Origin: Dehalococcoidales bacterium | Lineage (GTDB): Bacteria > Chloroflexota > Dehalococcoidia > Dehalococcoidales > Fen-1064 | Length of the DNA: 64,000 nt | Direction: 5' to 3' | NCBI GenBank assembly: GCA_030654965.1 | Contig: JAURWL010000086.1 | Location: 102-64,101 of the forward strand | Part shown: positions 27,920 to 38,864 of the stretch, piece after piece | Layout of the letters: every line of letters starts with the position of its first letter | Numbering within the stretch: position 1 is the stretch's first letter | Notes under the pieces: model-generated | Told to the model about the DNA's origin: nothing | What the model saw: only the letters and a program-made list of their open reading frames with translations | Database searches by the model: none | Position numbers and translations under genes: made by a program

Positions 27920-28193
27920 AAGTGCTTATGTCATCTATTCCAACTACATTTTAACATAATCCCAAAGTAAAATCATTCCGCAGGTTTTATCTGCATCCGA
28001 TGATTCTATCTTTTCAGACTGTCTACGAAGTCAACTCATCAGTGACTCATGAAGAGCATTTCACGCGCTCAGTTTTCTACGCGGGGATTTACAGTCTTTA
28101 CTAACCAGAAAATATAGTCGAAAATCCGGCGGTGAAACATCATAAAACTACGTTATAAAATGCTAGAAATTAGTGGAGTAGATATCCGGTAAA

Positions 28194-29177
28194 TTAAATC
28201 CAACGTTTACGGCGGAAAAACCAGAGCAGTCCACCGGCACATACTGCCATTATAACCATCAATATCCAGAAAGCGAAATGGTTTCCTGGTTCTATGCTTC
28301 CAGGCATGTGTACGTTCATCCCATAGAGACTCGATATTATCAAAAAAGGGAGCACTACGGTTGCGAGTACCGTCAGAACACGCATTATCCGCCCGAGTCG
28401 CTCGTTACTTAGAATATAGTCCGCGTCTTTGAAAACCTCTATAGTTTCTTTAACCTCGTCAAGCGTATCCCATATCTTGTTCAGGTGGTCAACTACATCC
28501 CCAAAGTATACTTCGAGGTCGTTTGTCGCGAACCTCCGGAGCTTTGTTTCCAGTTCACCGATGACACTGCGAAGAGGCCAGATAATACGTCGATGGGCAA
28601 TGACGTCACGGCGCAGGCGGGCGATTTCAACAGCAGCTTCAATATTTTCATCGAAGACAGTACTTTCTACCGCATCCGTCCACCCAAGAATTCTGTCCAG
28701 AATCGTGAAACAGCGGTCAACCATGATATCAATTATTTTGTAGGCGAGAAAAGCAGACCCCTGGCTCATGTTCTCTTGCCGCGCAGTATCACTATTCATA
28801 CAGTTCTGAAAAAATTCACGGAGCAGTTTGATTTCACCACTGTGCATGGTAACGATATAGTTCTTACCGATAAAAAGTGAGACCTGGGAAGCGGTGGCTA
28901 TCTGTGTCTCCCGGTGCCAGACCGGGAAATGAAGAACCACAAAAATATAGTCCTCATATTCATCGATTTTAGGTCTCTGGATACGGCTCAGGGTATCATC
29001 AAGGTCGAGGGCATGGAAGGGGTAGTGCTGAGCCAGATACTCTATCTCCTGTAAAGTGGGTTTTTCGATATTCAGCCACGTCAGGTCGCCCAGGGTAACC
29101 GACTCAATATTGAGTGTTGGTTTCTGGTTAACTGCTGGCGTATTTGCCACAGATTGAACAGGCTGTTTCTGCGGCAT
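28194..29177 (-). CDS. corA: magnesium/cobalt transporter CorA
   Basis: YGMNV signature before the last TM helix; 327 aa. Confidence 0.92.
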   Translation of the reverse strand: MPQKQPVQSVANTPAVNQKPTLNIESVTLGDLTWLNIEKPTLQEIEYLAQHYPFHALDLDDTLSRIQRPKIDEYEDYIFVVLHFPVWHRETQIATASQVSLFIGKNYIVTMHSGEIKLLREFFQNCMNSDTARQENMSQGSAFLAYKIIDIMVDRCFTILDRILGWTDAVESTVFDENIEAAVEIARLRRDVIAHRRIIWPLRSVIGELETKLRRFATNDLEVYFGDVVDHLNKIWDTLDEVKETIEVFKDADYILSNERLGRIMRVLTVLATVVLPFLIISSLYGMNVHMPGSIEPGNHFAFWILMVIMAVCAGGLLWFFRRKRWI

Positions 29178-29453
29178 GACCCGACTCCTTGCTCATTGAA
29201 ACCTTATAATTCTAACACAATTATTCACAGGATTTAACAGGTAGTGAAATTGAGAAGGTAACATTTATTATTTCGCTACCGACAGGGGAAAAGGAAAGGT
29301 CAGGTTACCCTGTCACATACGGCAGAAGAATGCTATCACACACCCTCTTGCCTGAACCCCCGCTACCAGCGCAGTGGTTGAAGGCATACCCGACCTTAAA
29401 ATAACTTTAGTAATTAACCAGCCGGAGACGCATCTGCTTTTCCGGCTTCGTTA

Positions 29454-29669
29454 CTACCCCCCGCTCATTTTGCGATAGTGGACATTCCATTTCATGCACA
29501 GGTCATTGATATACTCTTTGACCTCAGGCTTGGCACCGAGATAAAGCTCCGCCAAGAAGCCGTGGAGCAACTCACCACCGCTCATTCCCGGTGATGGCTC
29601 AGTTGGTCCCGGTAGATTGATATACACAATCTCGGTCATCTGCTTCTGGTATTCAATTGCAGAACCCAT
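29454..29669 (-). CDS. hypothetical protein (71 aa)
   Basis: ORF with an AGGAGG RBS upstream; I recognise no domain. Confidence 0.4.
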   Translation of the reverse strand: MGSAIEYQKQMTEIVYINLPGPTEPSPGMSGGELLHGFLAELYLGAKPEVKEYINDLCMKWNVHYRKMSGG

Positions 29670-29760
29670 GAAAATCCTCCTTAATCCTTCAGGTTTCCTA
29701 TTATTATAGACTCAATTATCAGCTAAAACAAGTGGGTTGCTAACTTCTTTTGAGTAATTT

Positions 29761-30747
29761 TTAAAAAAGTGGTTTGAGAATAATTGCGAAAATGTACCCA
29801 AGGATAGCACAGGCAGGGAAAGTGATGAGCCATGTCATAACGATTTGCGCCGTAACACCCCAACGTACTGCCGAAAACCGCTTGGTTGAACCGACACCCA
29901 TAATCGCGGTGTTAATTGTATGTGTGGTGCTCAGCGGAACTCCGAGCGATGATGCTACCAGAATGGCTGCGCCGGCTGAAGTCTCCGCCGCAAATCCCTG
30001 AACTGATTCCAAACGTGTCATTTTAAAACCCATAGTTTTGATAATCCGCCAGCCGCCCACACTGGTGCCGATACCCATGGTGACACCGCAGAGTAATATT
30101 ACCCAGAGCGGCACGTGAAATTCGGAAAATACCCCTCCGAGAGTGAGAGCCAGCGCAAAAATCCCCATGAATTTTTGACCGTCGTTACTGCCATGACTGA
30201 ATGCCATGAATGCCGCCGAAAGTATTTGCAGGCGTCCGAACACGCTTCTAATCGTGGCATAACGAACACGACGGAAAAGCCAGTAAATCGCCAGCATGAC
30301 ACCGTACCCGACTGTGAAGCCCATCACTGTGGACAATCCAAGCCCAATCAATACCTTCTGCCAGCCAGCCCACAACAATGCTGAAGTTCCTGCCGCCGCG
30401 AACCCGGCTCCAGCCAGACCTGCCAGCATCTCATGTGTTTCACTGGTAGGAATGCCAAAATACCACGCCGCCATTGTCCAGACAATGATGGTGAGAAGTG
30501 CGGCGGCAACAGTAGTCAAATCAATGACGTTCGGGTCAATAATTCCTGTGCCGATAGTTACAGCTACTGCGGTACCGGTTATCAGTACACCCAGAATATT
30601 AAGTACACCTGCCATGAGCACGGCTTTAACAGGGGAAAGAACGCGGGTAGCAACAACCGTAGCAATTGCATTGGGAGCATCGGTTAAACCGTTGGTGAAT
30701 TCAGCGGCGAGACAGAGGAAAAGAACAATGCCGAGTTCTACAGTCAT
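29761..30747 (-). CDS. inorganic phosphate transporter, PiT family
   Basis: GLTDAPNAIAT and HGSNDGQK signatures. Confidence 0.9.
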   Translation of the reverse strand: MTVELGIVLFLCLAAEFTNGLTDAPNAIATVVATRVLSPVKAVLMAGVLNILGVLITGTAVAVTIGTGIIDPNVIDLTTVAAALLTIIVWTMAAWYFGIPTSETHEMLAGLAGAGFAAAGTSALLWAGWQKVLIGLGLSTVMGFTVGYGVMLAIYWLFRRVRYATIRSVFGRLQILSAAFMAFSHGSNDGQKFMGIFALALTLGGVFSEFHVPLWVILLCGVTMGIGTSVGGWRIIKTMGFKMTRLESVQGFAAETSAGAAILVASSLGVPLSTTHTINTAIMGVGSTKRFSAVRWGVTAQIVMTWLITFPACAILGYIFAIILKPLF

Positions 30748-30795
30748 TTAATTCTTTCTAGATACCAACAATCTGACTGTTACCATCAGTTAGTA

Positions 30796-31422
30796 TTAAG
30801 AATATTTAATCGCCACACCCTCAAGAACATTGGCGACGTCTTCACATCGGTCCGTGGTTGTCTCCATGTGCTCGTAAATTTCACGCCACTTCATGATGTA
30901 TACCACGTCAGTGGAATTGGCAAAGAGTTCCGCCAGCGCTGACCGGTAGATTCCATCAGCTACATTCTCAAGGCGGTTGATTTCTACACAGTGCTTGAGC
31001 ATCTCTCTCTGGTCAAGCTTCTTGTTAAGTATCGCCACCGCTCGCTCCACCTCAACGGTTATCTCCACAATGACGTCTGACAGCTCCTTTGCCCTCTGAG
31101 TCGGTTCGGTGATGCGGTACAAAAGCATGGCGTCTGCTGCGGAATGAATAAAATCGGTCACATCATCCAGGGTATGGGAAAGCATGGCGATATCCTCACG
31201 GTCAAATGGTGTAACAAACGTTCGGTGTAATTGCGCCGCAATCTGATGGGTGACATTATCCCCCTTGTGCTCCAGGTCGGCGATGGCGGCTATTTTGTCT
31301 TCGACATTCGTCCAGTTGTATAACAATTCCTTTAGTTTTTTGGCTACTTCAACTGCATTGTGGGCGCTTTCTTCAAAAAGAGTAAAGAACTTGCCGTCTT
31401 GCGGGATAAAGGACAGCTTCAC
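30796..31422 (-). CDS. DUF47 / PhoU-like PiT accessory protein
   Basis: 208-aa helical protein immediately upstream of PiT, which is the canonical pairing. Confidence 0.8.
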   Translation of the reverse strand: MKLSFIPQDGKFFTLFEESAHNAVEVAKKLKELLYNWTNVEDKIAAIADLEHKGDNVTHQIAAQLHRTFVTPFDREDIAMLSHTLDDVTDFIHSAADAMLLYRITEPTQRAKELSDVIVEITVEVERAVAILNKKLDQREMLKHCVEINRLENVADGIYRSALAELFANSTDVVYIMKWREIYEHMETTTDRCEDVANVLEGVAIKYS

Positions 31423-31513
31423 TTGTGTTGCCTCCTTCCATGTGCATAACTATTACCACTGACTTTGATAAAGTCAGTCTGATTATTTTTTAATTCCTTG
31501 GTTGACTAACTGG

Positions 31514-33052
31514 CTAAGCACTCTTTGTGCTCGGCACTTTCTGCGTCCCCAACGGCGTGGTGGTTCTGGACAATTTCTCACAGACTTTACGGAAATGGAG
31601 GCCATATACAGAGAGTATGAGAGACAGCGGGAAAAACTTAGGCCGTTTGAAGAGTATGGGGAGTATAAACCGCCAGAAATATTTCCTGCCTTTGTCTACT
31701 ACACCAAGTATCCAGAACGACCTCACCAGCCCGACGATATGATAAAAACGTACCTGATAAAACTTGACTTCATAATGCCGGGGTTTGAATTCCTTGAGGA
31801 ATGTCTTAATGCGCTCGTAGAAATACTTGGGCGCATAGATAGTGTTCATAATTTGTTTATAGCCGTTGATAAGCGTGTCAAGGTGCATCTTCGGGACGAA
31901 GTTAATCGAGCAATCCGTGTTATCGCCGGTGCCTTTTTTCAGCAGGCGGTTCTCTTTCTTGAGCCGTTCGTAAAGGCGACTCCCGCGCGGCGCATTGAGC
32001 AAGCCCACCATTGCTGTGACAATACCGCTCTTCTGTATAAACTCAATTTGTCTCTGGAAAATCGACGCGGGGTCGCTATCAAATCCGACAATGAAGCCAC
32101 CCTGAACTTCCATACCTTGGGCTTGAATGCTCTTTACTGCCGCCACCAGGTCGCGGTTCTTGTTATGGAGCTTGTTGCACTCAATCAGACTCTCTTCATT
32201 CGGCGTCTCAATGCCGATAAACACGCGGTCAAAGCCAGCTTCTACCATCAATCGCATGAGTTCATCGTCATCGGCGAGATTGATGGAGGCTTCCGTGAAT
32301 AAGGACGGAGCGAATTTCTTAGTCTTACGCCACTTGATGAGAGCGGGTAGGATCTCTTCTTTGAGCTTTCTTTTATTGCCGATAAAATTATCATCGACAA
32401 TGAACACACTACCGTGCCAGCCGGCGTCCTGTAGAGCTTCGAGCTCATTGATAACCTGTTTCGTGGTTTTCGTCCTGGGGGTGTGCCCATTCAGGGTGAC
32501 GATATCACAGAATTCGCAGTCATAAGGACAGCCGCGGGAATACTGGATATTCATGGTGGTGTACTTGCCCATTTTGATGAGAGACCATGCCGGGATGGGT
32601 GTTTTGGTGATATCCGGTCGCTCTTTTGAGGTATAGATGCGTTTTGCAGTCCCGGCTTCAATATCTTTCAGGAACCTGGGGAGTGTGATTTCAGCTTCAT
32701 CAAGCACGAGGTGGTCAACCTCACCGAATTCCTCGTACTCCGTGGTGAAAAGAGGACCGCCGGCTACCACCTTTTTGCCGAGCGCTTTACATCGGGTAAT
32801 AGTTGCCGTTACGGATTCCCTCTGGACAACCATAGCGCTAATAAAGACATAGTCCGCCCATTTAATATCCTTGTCTTTGAGCGCCTGGGTATTCATATCG
32901 ATAAGCTTTTTGTCCCATTCAGTGGGGAGCATAGCGGCTACGGTCAGAAGTCCCAGCGGTGGGTGCGCCGCTTTCTTAAAGACTACCTTCAGGGCGTGTT
33001 TGAAACTCCAGAAAGTATCCGGGTATTCAGGGTAAACGAGTAATACTTTCAA
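31514..33052 (-). CDS. B12-binding radical SAM protein (DUF4070-type C-terminus)
   Basis: N-terminal LKVLLVYPEY... B12-binding domain and GCPYDCEFC (CxxxCxxC). The TTG start at 33052 (GGAG 6 nt upstream) is preferred over the GTG at 33094. Confidence 0.85.
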   Translation of the reverse strand: MKVLLVYPEYPDTFWSFKHALKVVFKKAAHPPLGLLTVAAMLPTEWDKKLIDMNTQALKDKDIKWADYVFISAMVVQRESVTATITRCKALGKKVVAGGPLFTTEYEEFGEVDHLVLDEAEITLPRFLKDIEAGTAKRIYTSKERPDITKTPIPAWSLIKMGKYTTMNIQYSRGCPYDCEFCDIVTLNGHTPRTKTTKQVINELEALQDAGWHGSVFIVDDNFIGNKRKLKEEILPALIKWRKTKKFAPSLFTEASINLADDDELMRLMVEAGFDRVFIGIETPNEESLIECNKLHNKNRDLVAAVKSIQAQGMEVQGGFIVGFDSDPASIFQRQIEFIQKSGIVTAMVGLLNAPRGSRLYERLKKENRLLKKGTGDNTDCSINFVPKMHLDTLINGYKQIMNTIYAPKYFYERIKTFLKEFKPRHYEVKFYQVRFYHIVGLVRSFWILGVVDKGRKYFWRFILPILFKRPKFFPLSLILSVYGLHFRKVCEKLSRTTTPLGTQKVPSTKSA

Positions 33053-33462
33053 ATAAGGCTCCTTATCAGGTATTTCATAAGGATACGCAAGCACAAAATA
33101 CCCTAGTGTAAGTATAGTCTCTTCTATGGGTATTGTCTATATCTGTTATCGGGTCTCTATAATTTTTAATAGGTTAATTAGCCCGAGCGGCTTTCTATCG
33201 CCGGTCCGTTACTGTATAAAGACATTCCCTGCATACCCGTCAGCTTGCCGGGCAAGTGAGTCATTCATCTCGTGGGTATAACTGAGTTCACTCACGCCGG
33301 ACGGTCATAGATTGAGTATGATGTTAGCACTCTACCAAAACAGCGTACAGAATTGTTAACACACAAAGCTCTTTGAATGGTATGGCTCAGATGGAGTATG
33401 CTGAAAACAGCGACGGAACTCTAACAACTGGTGATACTGATTTCAGGGGAAGGTCAGAGCAG

Positions 33463-33855
33463 ATGAGCGTTGAAATGAAACCTATCGGTTATGTATCTAC
33501 TGATGCCCAAAATATTCCCCGAAGTTGGGAGATATCGGATGTTGAAGGGGATTTAGTGTTTGATGAATCCTATAGGGACGGCTTGAGCGATATAACACCC
33601 GGACAGCACATCTACGTAATTTTCCAATTTCACCAAAGCCCTAAATTCAGTTCAAAATTTCTGAGGATTAATCCTCCACGTTACAATAGAAAAGAGATGG
33701 GAGTTTTTAGTACCCATTCGCCTGTTCGTCCGAATCCTATCGGTCTTTCTATATTGGAAGTCCTGAGAGTAGATGGCAACATCATACATGTTAAAGGGTT
33801 GGATATGCGGAACGGAACACCGATACTGGATATAAAACCAGAATCCCACCCCTAG
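33463..33855 (+). CDS. trmO: TsaA/TrmO-like tRNA methyltransferase domain protein
   Basis: ...MKPIGYV...SPVRPNPIGLSILEV...VKGLDMRNGTPILDIKP. The start is uncertain (the ORF is open from 33373). Confidence 0.75.
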   Translation: MSVEMKPIGYVSTDAQNIPRSWEISDVEGDLVFDESYRDGLSDITPGQHIYVIFQFHQSPKFSSKFLRINPPRYNRKEMGVFSTHSPVRPNPIGLSILEVLRVDGNIIHVKGLDMRNGTPILDIKPESHP

Positions 33856-33945
33856 TCAGCTTAGAGTGGGCTTTAGACGGAATGGGGTGCAATAGTACAA
33901 TCGAGCGTATCGACTCAACCCACAACTTCAATCTATCATGTCAAC

Positions 33946-34482
33946 TCAGTAAGTTTCCCCATGCTCTGCCATGACTGCTCGGGTTAATATTGGGCTTATC
34001 TCTCCAGGTAGTTGATTGCGATTCTCAATGGTGGTTTCAAAGACTGATATTGTTGTACCCAACTGAGATAGAAAAGCGGAAAGCAGTTCCTTTCGTATGA
34101 TTATGATGCAGTTTTTCACCTTCCCGACGGAAATCTGTTCAATGATGTGGGCAAATCCTTGTCCGCGAAGTTCCAATTGACCGAGCTCATCAACCAGAAG
34201 AATGTCTGAGGTAGTGCCCCTATTTATTGCCTGAATCCCGAAGTCAATACCATCAGGACTAAAGGAATATTTGGTGGTACGGGGTCCTTGGTATACGTTA
34301 CTGATACTGGCTAAAGTCTTTGTTTCGCCAGTCTGAACGTCTTCAATGATAATGTCATCCCTCTGGTTTTTGTAGGTAATGATACCACCACAACTATGTC
34401 CCTGCTTCCGGGCAATATCAATCACCTTTTCACAGACAGTGGTTTTACCAATACCGATAGGACCGGTTACAATAATAACCAT
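33946..34482 (-). CDS. NTPase (THEP1/MJ1559-like P-loop)
   Basis: MVIIVTGPIGIGKTT Walker A and LLVDELGQLEL Walker B. Confidence 0.75.
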   Translation of the reverse strand: MVIIVTGPIGIGKTTVCEKVIDIARKQGHSCGGIITYKNQRDDIIIEDVQTGETKTLASISNVYQGPRTTKYSFSPDGIDFGIQAINRGTTSDILLVDELGQLELRGQGFAHIIEQISVGKVKNCIIIIRKELLSAFLSQLGTTISVFETTIENRNQLPGEISPILTRAVMAEHGETY

Positions 34483-34490
34483 TACGCTGG

Positions 34491-35195
34491 CTAAAGCCCG
34501 GCTAAAATAGCCAGGGCACTAACTCCCCAGCAGAACAACACTGTGGCGGCTGACGCGGAATAATAGACAGAACGGCGTGCCACAATCGGAGATATCTTGG
34601 CCGCTAGCATCTTCCCTGCCACATAGCCAAGGGGCGCTAGAACGCCAGAGAAAACTGCCTGGACTACACCGTTCCCTATGACAAATTGTCCAATACTCTC
34701 TATACCTAGGCGAGCAAAGATAGGAGAGCGTGTCACGTAAACCGCAAAATAGACATAAACGATAGCACTGATGAAGCCTGCCAGAACCGCTGTCCAAACG
34801 CCGACATAGATGTTCTTTTCTATGCGATTCATCAGAAAGGCTACTACCAGGCTGAATGCTAGCGCTTCTAAGATTATAGACATGGCCGGGTTAATAATCT
34901 GGACGGCATTGGGGGGTATAAATAAAAGCCAGGCATTAAGCCATTTAAATGAAGCTGCAACGATACCTATGCCCGGTAGCATAGCTGGCTTCCGGTAAAA
35001 AGCCAGTGCGACACTCATAATAGCCATGCCGATACCGCTCATTATGGCACCTTTATTAGGGAAAATTATTAAGTTGAGGAAGCCTCCCAAGGTAGCTTCG
35101 AGACACCCCCAGATAGACCCGAATACCAGAATTCCTATGGCCAGGCGGACTGATGCAGGTAGACCACCAATCCTGTTGTGATTTGCTTCTACCAT
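34491..35195 (-). CDS. polytopic membrane protein, unknown function
   Basis: About 6-7 hydrophobic helices. The ATG at 35195 is preceded by GGAG. The gene is 8 nt from the NTPase gene. Confidence 0.55.
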   Translation of the reverse strand: MVEANHNRIGGLPASVRLAIGILVFGSIWGCLEATLGGFLNLIIFPNKGAIMSGIGMAIMSVALAFYRKPAMLPGIGIVAASFKWLNAWLLFIPPNAVQIINPAMSIILEALAFSLVVAFLMNRIEKNIYVGVWTAVLAGFISAIVYVYFAVYVTRSPIFARLGIESIGQFVIGNGVVQAVFSGVLAPLGYVAGKMLAAKISPIVARRSVYYSASAATVLFCWGVSALAILAGL

Positions 35196-35265
35196 TGTTT
35201 TTCTCCTTATGTTACTAAATATCTTTTGGTTTTCCTTGTTGAGTAAATACACTCCATTATTTAAT

Positions 35266-37503
35266 TCAAAGTGCCTCTACGCGGCAGGGAACATAGCGGT
35301 GTATAGGTGTCCCAACATGGTCTCGATGCGTATTCTTCGTTAACCGGTTAACATTGGCGCCGTATTTCACACCATCATAGACCAGACCGAACCCGTGGGG
35401 AATGATAACCTGCCCTTTTCTGGCTTCTGTTGTCACCTCCACCTCAATAGTCTCCTCACCAGCTTCGGTAATAACCTTGACCATTTGTCGGTCAGTAAAG
35501 CCAAATTTTTTGGCATCTACCGGATTCATGGCCAGTGTACAAGCGCGTCTGCCTTCGTTCCATGCCGGATCCCGCATTTGCGTGTTGGCATTCATATCCA
35601 TGTGCCGCCCCGCCATCAGGATCAATGGAAACTTCTCGTCTGTTTTAAGTTGTTCCTCTTCATCAACAGGATTAATCTTCCGTATCCAATCTTCAACCTC
35701 CCGGGCATAAAGCTGAATTTTCCCATTCTTGGTCGGCAGTCGCTCAATATTCTGATACGGATTGTATCGGGATGGGTCGCGTACACCCACCAACACGCCT
35801 TCAGGATGCTCAATTATAGCCTGATATATGTCCATACCCTGATAAGGGCCTACGGCAAATCCTGCTCTTGCAGCCTCTTCCTGGCTCGCTTGAGGTCTTT
35901 GCAGAAACGTGGTGAAAAGACTGGCTAAATGAGCCGAACCGATTTCATTGCCCAGAGTTTTCGCAGCGATGAATTGAAGAACCCTACCACTGTCCGGATT
36001 TTTTTGTAAATAGTTCATCAGTGCATCCCTGTATTTTCTTGTGCTGCCACTTCTTGCCGCTTGATATAGTGATTCAGGGAGATCGGGTATAAGTCCCATG
36101 GCATCGGCGAGAAGTGTGAAAATCTCTCCGGCTTCTTTTTGTTCTCCTTCTGCCTTAACAACCGGCCGCCGTACTTTGGCATAAATTTCGGTGCGACTTC
36201 CGCCTCCCGGGGCGGCATCCCATTGTTCATAAGCTGATTTAGACGGAAGAACATAATGGGCAAGGGCAGCCGTCTCGCTCATTACCATGTCAGTTACGAC
36301 CAGTAAGTCAAGGTGACTAAAAGCCTCTTCATATGCAGTCGTGTCAGCGTACGAGCGCAATGGATTAGATGCGAATGTGAATACTGCCCGGATGCGCTCC
36401 GGATGATCATTCATAATCTCTTCCTGTAAAACGTTGGGAGGGAACATCCCTTGAATAGCCGGAATGTCTGTTATCAACGTTCGCCATGTCCTCGGGTCAG
36501 TTGACTCCGACTCGGACCTACCCCCTACTACCAGGTTTCCCCCGGGTACGGAAATACGACCGCTAACGGCCAATAACACAACCAGTAGATATGATAACAG
36601 CGCGCTATGCCGATTCATCAGTATTCCAAGGTCATCGCGTATGCAGGACCGGCGCGTAACAAACTCCCGGCAGACTTTATAAACCTGGTCATAATCCAAT
36701 TCACAGACCTTTAATGCAGCTTTTATATCAAAGCCGGTAAACCACGGAAGTATCTCATTGAATCCATCTACATACTTATCGATAAATTTCTTATCGAACA
36801 TTCCCTCGTTGAGGATAATCGCGATCATGGATTTGAGTAATAGCGCATCGGTACCCGGACGGAGAGCGAGATGAATATTAGCAATTTTCGCAGTTTCGGA
36901 AACACGCGGGTCAATCACCACAAGAAGCTGCTCAGGATTCTTCGACATTCTTGTCAATCTTCTCCGTGCCTGCGGGAAATTGTGACTCATCATGCCGTTC
37001 CACCCGATAGCCAGAAGCATATCTGCATTCTCAAAATCAGCTGCTAATCCCATACCCTGGCTTCCCAGTGTTAGTCCGTGCGCCCAAAAGCGTCCGGCAA
37101 ACTCCTGGTTGGCAGCTGAGTAGTTATATCGCAAGTCGAGCCTTCGGAAAAACCGGACGAAGAAAGGAATACCGTAGGTACTACCTCCTCCATTACTATT
37201 CAGCGAAGCTATTGAACGTGGCCCAGATTGTTGGAGTATGTTCTTGAATTTTGCGATAATCTCACTGATTGCCTGATCCCATGATACCCGTTCGAATTTG
37301 TCTCCCACCTTCTTTAATGGATAGAGCAATCTATCGGCATTATGTTGGAAAAAAGCAATATTCATCCCCTTCCGGCAGACATATCCTTCGCTGGTGGGAT
37401 TATCCTTGTCCGGGCGGACTTTTATAATCCGGTTAGCTTCAACCTGAACTTCCAAACCACACTGGTTACCGCACAATACGCAATTTGTTTTCTGCCATGA
37501 CAT
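35266..37503 (-). CDS. molybdopterin (bis-MGD) oxidoreductase, cytoplasmic type
   Basis: N-terminal 4Fe-4S motif CVLCGNQCGL...YVCRKG, 745 aa, no twin-arginine signal. Confidence 0.88.
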   Translation of the reverse strand: MSWQKTNCVLCGNQCGLEVQVEANRIIKVRPDKDNPTSEGYVCRKGMNIAFFQHNADRLLYPLKKVGDKFERVSWDQAISEIIAKFKNILQQSGPRSIASLNSNGGGSTYGIPFFVRFFRRLDLRYNYSAANQEFAGRFWAHGLTLGSQGMGLAADFENADMLLAIGWNGMMSHNFPQARRRLTRMSKNPEQLLVVIDPRVSETAKIANIHLALRPGTDALLLKSMIAIILNEGMFDKKFIDKYVDGFNEILPWFTGFDIKAALKVCELDYDQVYKVCREFVTRRSCIRDDLGILMNRHSALLSYLLVVLLAVSGRISVPGGNLVVGGRSESESTDPRTWRTLITDIPAIQGMFPPNVLQEEIMNDHPERIRAVFTFASNPLRSYADTTAYEEAFSHLDLLVVTDMVMSETAALAHYVLPSKSAYEQWDAAPGGGSRTEIYAKVRRPVVKAEGEQKEAGEIFTLLADAMGLIPDLPESLYQAARSGSTRKYRDALMNYLQKNPDSGRVLQFIAAKTLGNEIGSAHLASLFTTFLQRPQASQEEAARAGFAVGPYQGMDIYQAIIEHPEGVLVGVRDPSRYNPYQNIERLPTKNGKIQLYAREVEDWIRKINPVDEEEQLKTDEKFPLILMAGRHMDMNANTQMRDPAWNEGRRACTLAMNPVDAKKFGFTDRQMVKVITEAGEETIEVEVTTEARKGQVIIPHGFGLVYDGVKYGANVNRLTKNTHRDHVGTPIHRYVPCRVEAL

Positions 37504-37553
37504 GGTCTATTACCCCCTCTTCAGTAATTTCGTGACAGGAGATACGGCTTTGA

Positions 37554-38174
37554 CTATTCTTTCGGTACAATCAACATTTCAGAATGTAAATAAGGTGCTT
37601 TACCCTGACAACCCAAACAGATTTCGCCATCATTTTCAGGATATCCTTCTCCGCATAACGGACAAACAGTAAAAACATCTCGGCGATGGGATTTGATGGA
37701 ATCTACATCGACCATCACTTTTTGAACGCTAAAAATTGATGTATGAGCCAGATTAATCTCACCCATTAACAGCTCAGAATCTTGCTCTTTCTTGGGTTTC
37801 AGTTTGAAAAAGAAAGCCTTTAGCTCAGGCCAGTCATCGAGCTTCTGGCTATCCACATATACCCGGACACCGTTGCCTGTGTATTTTTCAAATAATGACA
37901 TAGCAAACCGACCCAGATCGATAATCTTCAGCCAGCCATTACCTACCGTGCACGGAGTTAGAAGCTGAATGGCATCCGGAAGACACGAACGAGTTTCAGA
38001 TATGGCGTCAAAATACTCGACTTGGGGAAGGTTTCGATAAGCCAGATCCACCATAAATCCGCCAAGAACTACTCCCGGTGCAACATGTCCATGGAAGGCT
38101 TTGACCATCTCAATATATTCATCATAAGTCCGATCGCAAATAGTGATCTCAGAAGGAGCACTCTTCGTCTTCAT
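37554..38174 (-). CDS. FmdE-family protein with a C-terminal zinc ribbon
   Basis: FHGHVAPGVVLGG motif; CPLCGE...CLGC. Confidence 0.85.
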   Translation of the reverse strand: MKTKSAPSEITICDRTYDEYIEMVKAFHGHVAPGVVLGGFMVDLAYRNLPQVEYFDAISETRSCLPDAIQLLTPCTVGNGWLKIIDLGRFAMSLFEKYTGNGVRVYVDSQKLDDWPELKAFFFKLKPKKEQDSELLMGEINLAHTSIFSVQKVMVDVDSIKSHRRDVFTVCPLCGEGYPENDGEICLGCQGKAPYLHSEMLIVPKE

Positions 38175-38201
38175 TTCATTACCTCCGCTGTTGTTACCAT
38201 G

Positions 38202-38864
38202 TCATTCTGCCATTTCATCCCGAACGCCTAATGTATACAAGAACTCCTTGACACGTTCGGGTGCACCAGCTATCTGCATGGTTTTTACCAGTCGATTACG
38301 TTCGGTTCGCTTGACTGCTAGAAACGTCGCCCACGATTCCGGTGATGCCGTTACTGATACGTCAGGGTCCTGTTTCTTGCCCTCTTTGGCTGACCAGTGG
38401 TCACTATCAAAAGATAGGCTATAGGGACCACCGGGTGTGAATTGAAACAGCCAGGTCGCAGGTTGTGACAATTTTCTGCCGCGTTTATTTAGTGAGGCTG
38501 TCAGGGTACCCATTGCCATCTCCGGGCGAACTACCTCTCCCGGGAGTGGTGGCTTCATTGCATATCGCAAGCCCCAAGCCCACAATGCTTCCACCACGGG
38601 ACGAAGGTCATACCCCGCAGGTGTCAGTTTGTACCAGACCTCGCGGCGATCGAGCCGTTTTTCCCGTTCGACGATGCCGGCTTCCTCCAGTTTACGAAGC
38701 CTCAGCGTTAACCATTTTGCCGTGATGTTGCTTGAGTAGCGAAGCAAGTCGGTGAACCGCTGCGGTTGGCGTAGTAGATCTCGGATGATGAGCAAAGACC
38801 ACCTGTCACCGACTACCTCAAGCGCGTGTGCTACCGGACAGTAGACACCATATATTCGTGCCAT
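38202..38864 (-). CDS. HxlR-family transcriptional regulator with a ~100-aa C-terminal extension
   Basis: CPVAHALEVVGDRWSLLIIRDL... wHTH. 220 aa, versus the ~110-130 aa I recall for typical HxlR proteins. Confidence 0.8.
   Translation of the reverse strand: MARIYGVYCPVAHALEVVGDRWSLLIIRDLLRQPQRFTDLLRYSSNITAKWLTLRLRKLEEAGIVEREKRLDRREVWYKLTPAGYDLRPVVEALWAWGLRYAMKPPLPGEVVRPEMAMGTLTASLNKRGRKLSQPATWLFQFTPGGPYSLSFDSDHWSAKEGKKQDPDVSVTASPESWATFLAVKRTERNRLVKTMQIAGAPERVKEFLYTLGVRDEMAE

Noticed and set aside
29178-29453. Mg2+ (M-box) riboswitch upstream of corA
   Set aside because: I read the minus-strand leader and found none of the conserved M-box core segments, only generic hairpins.
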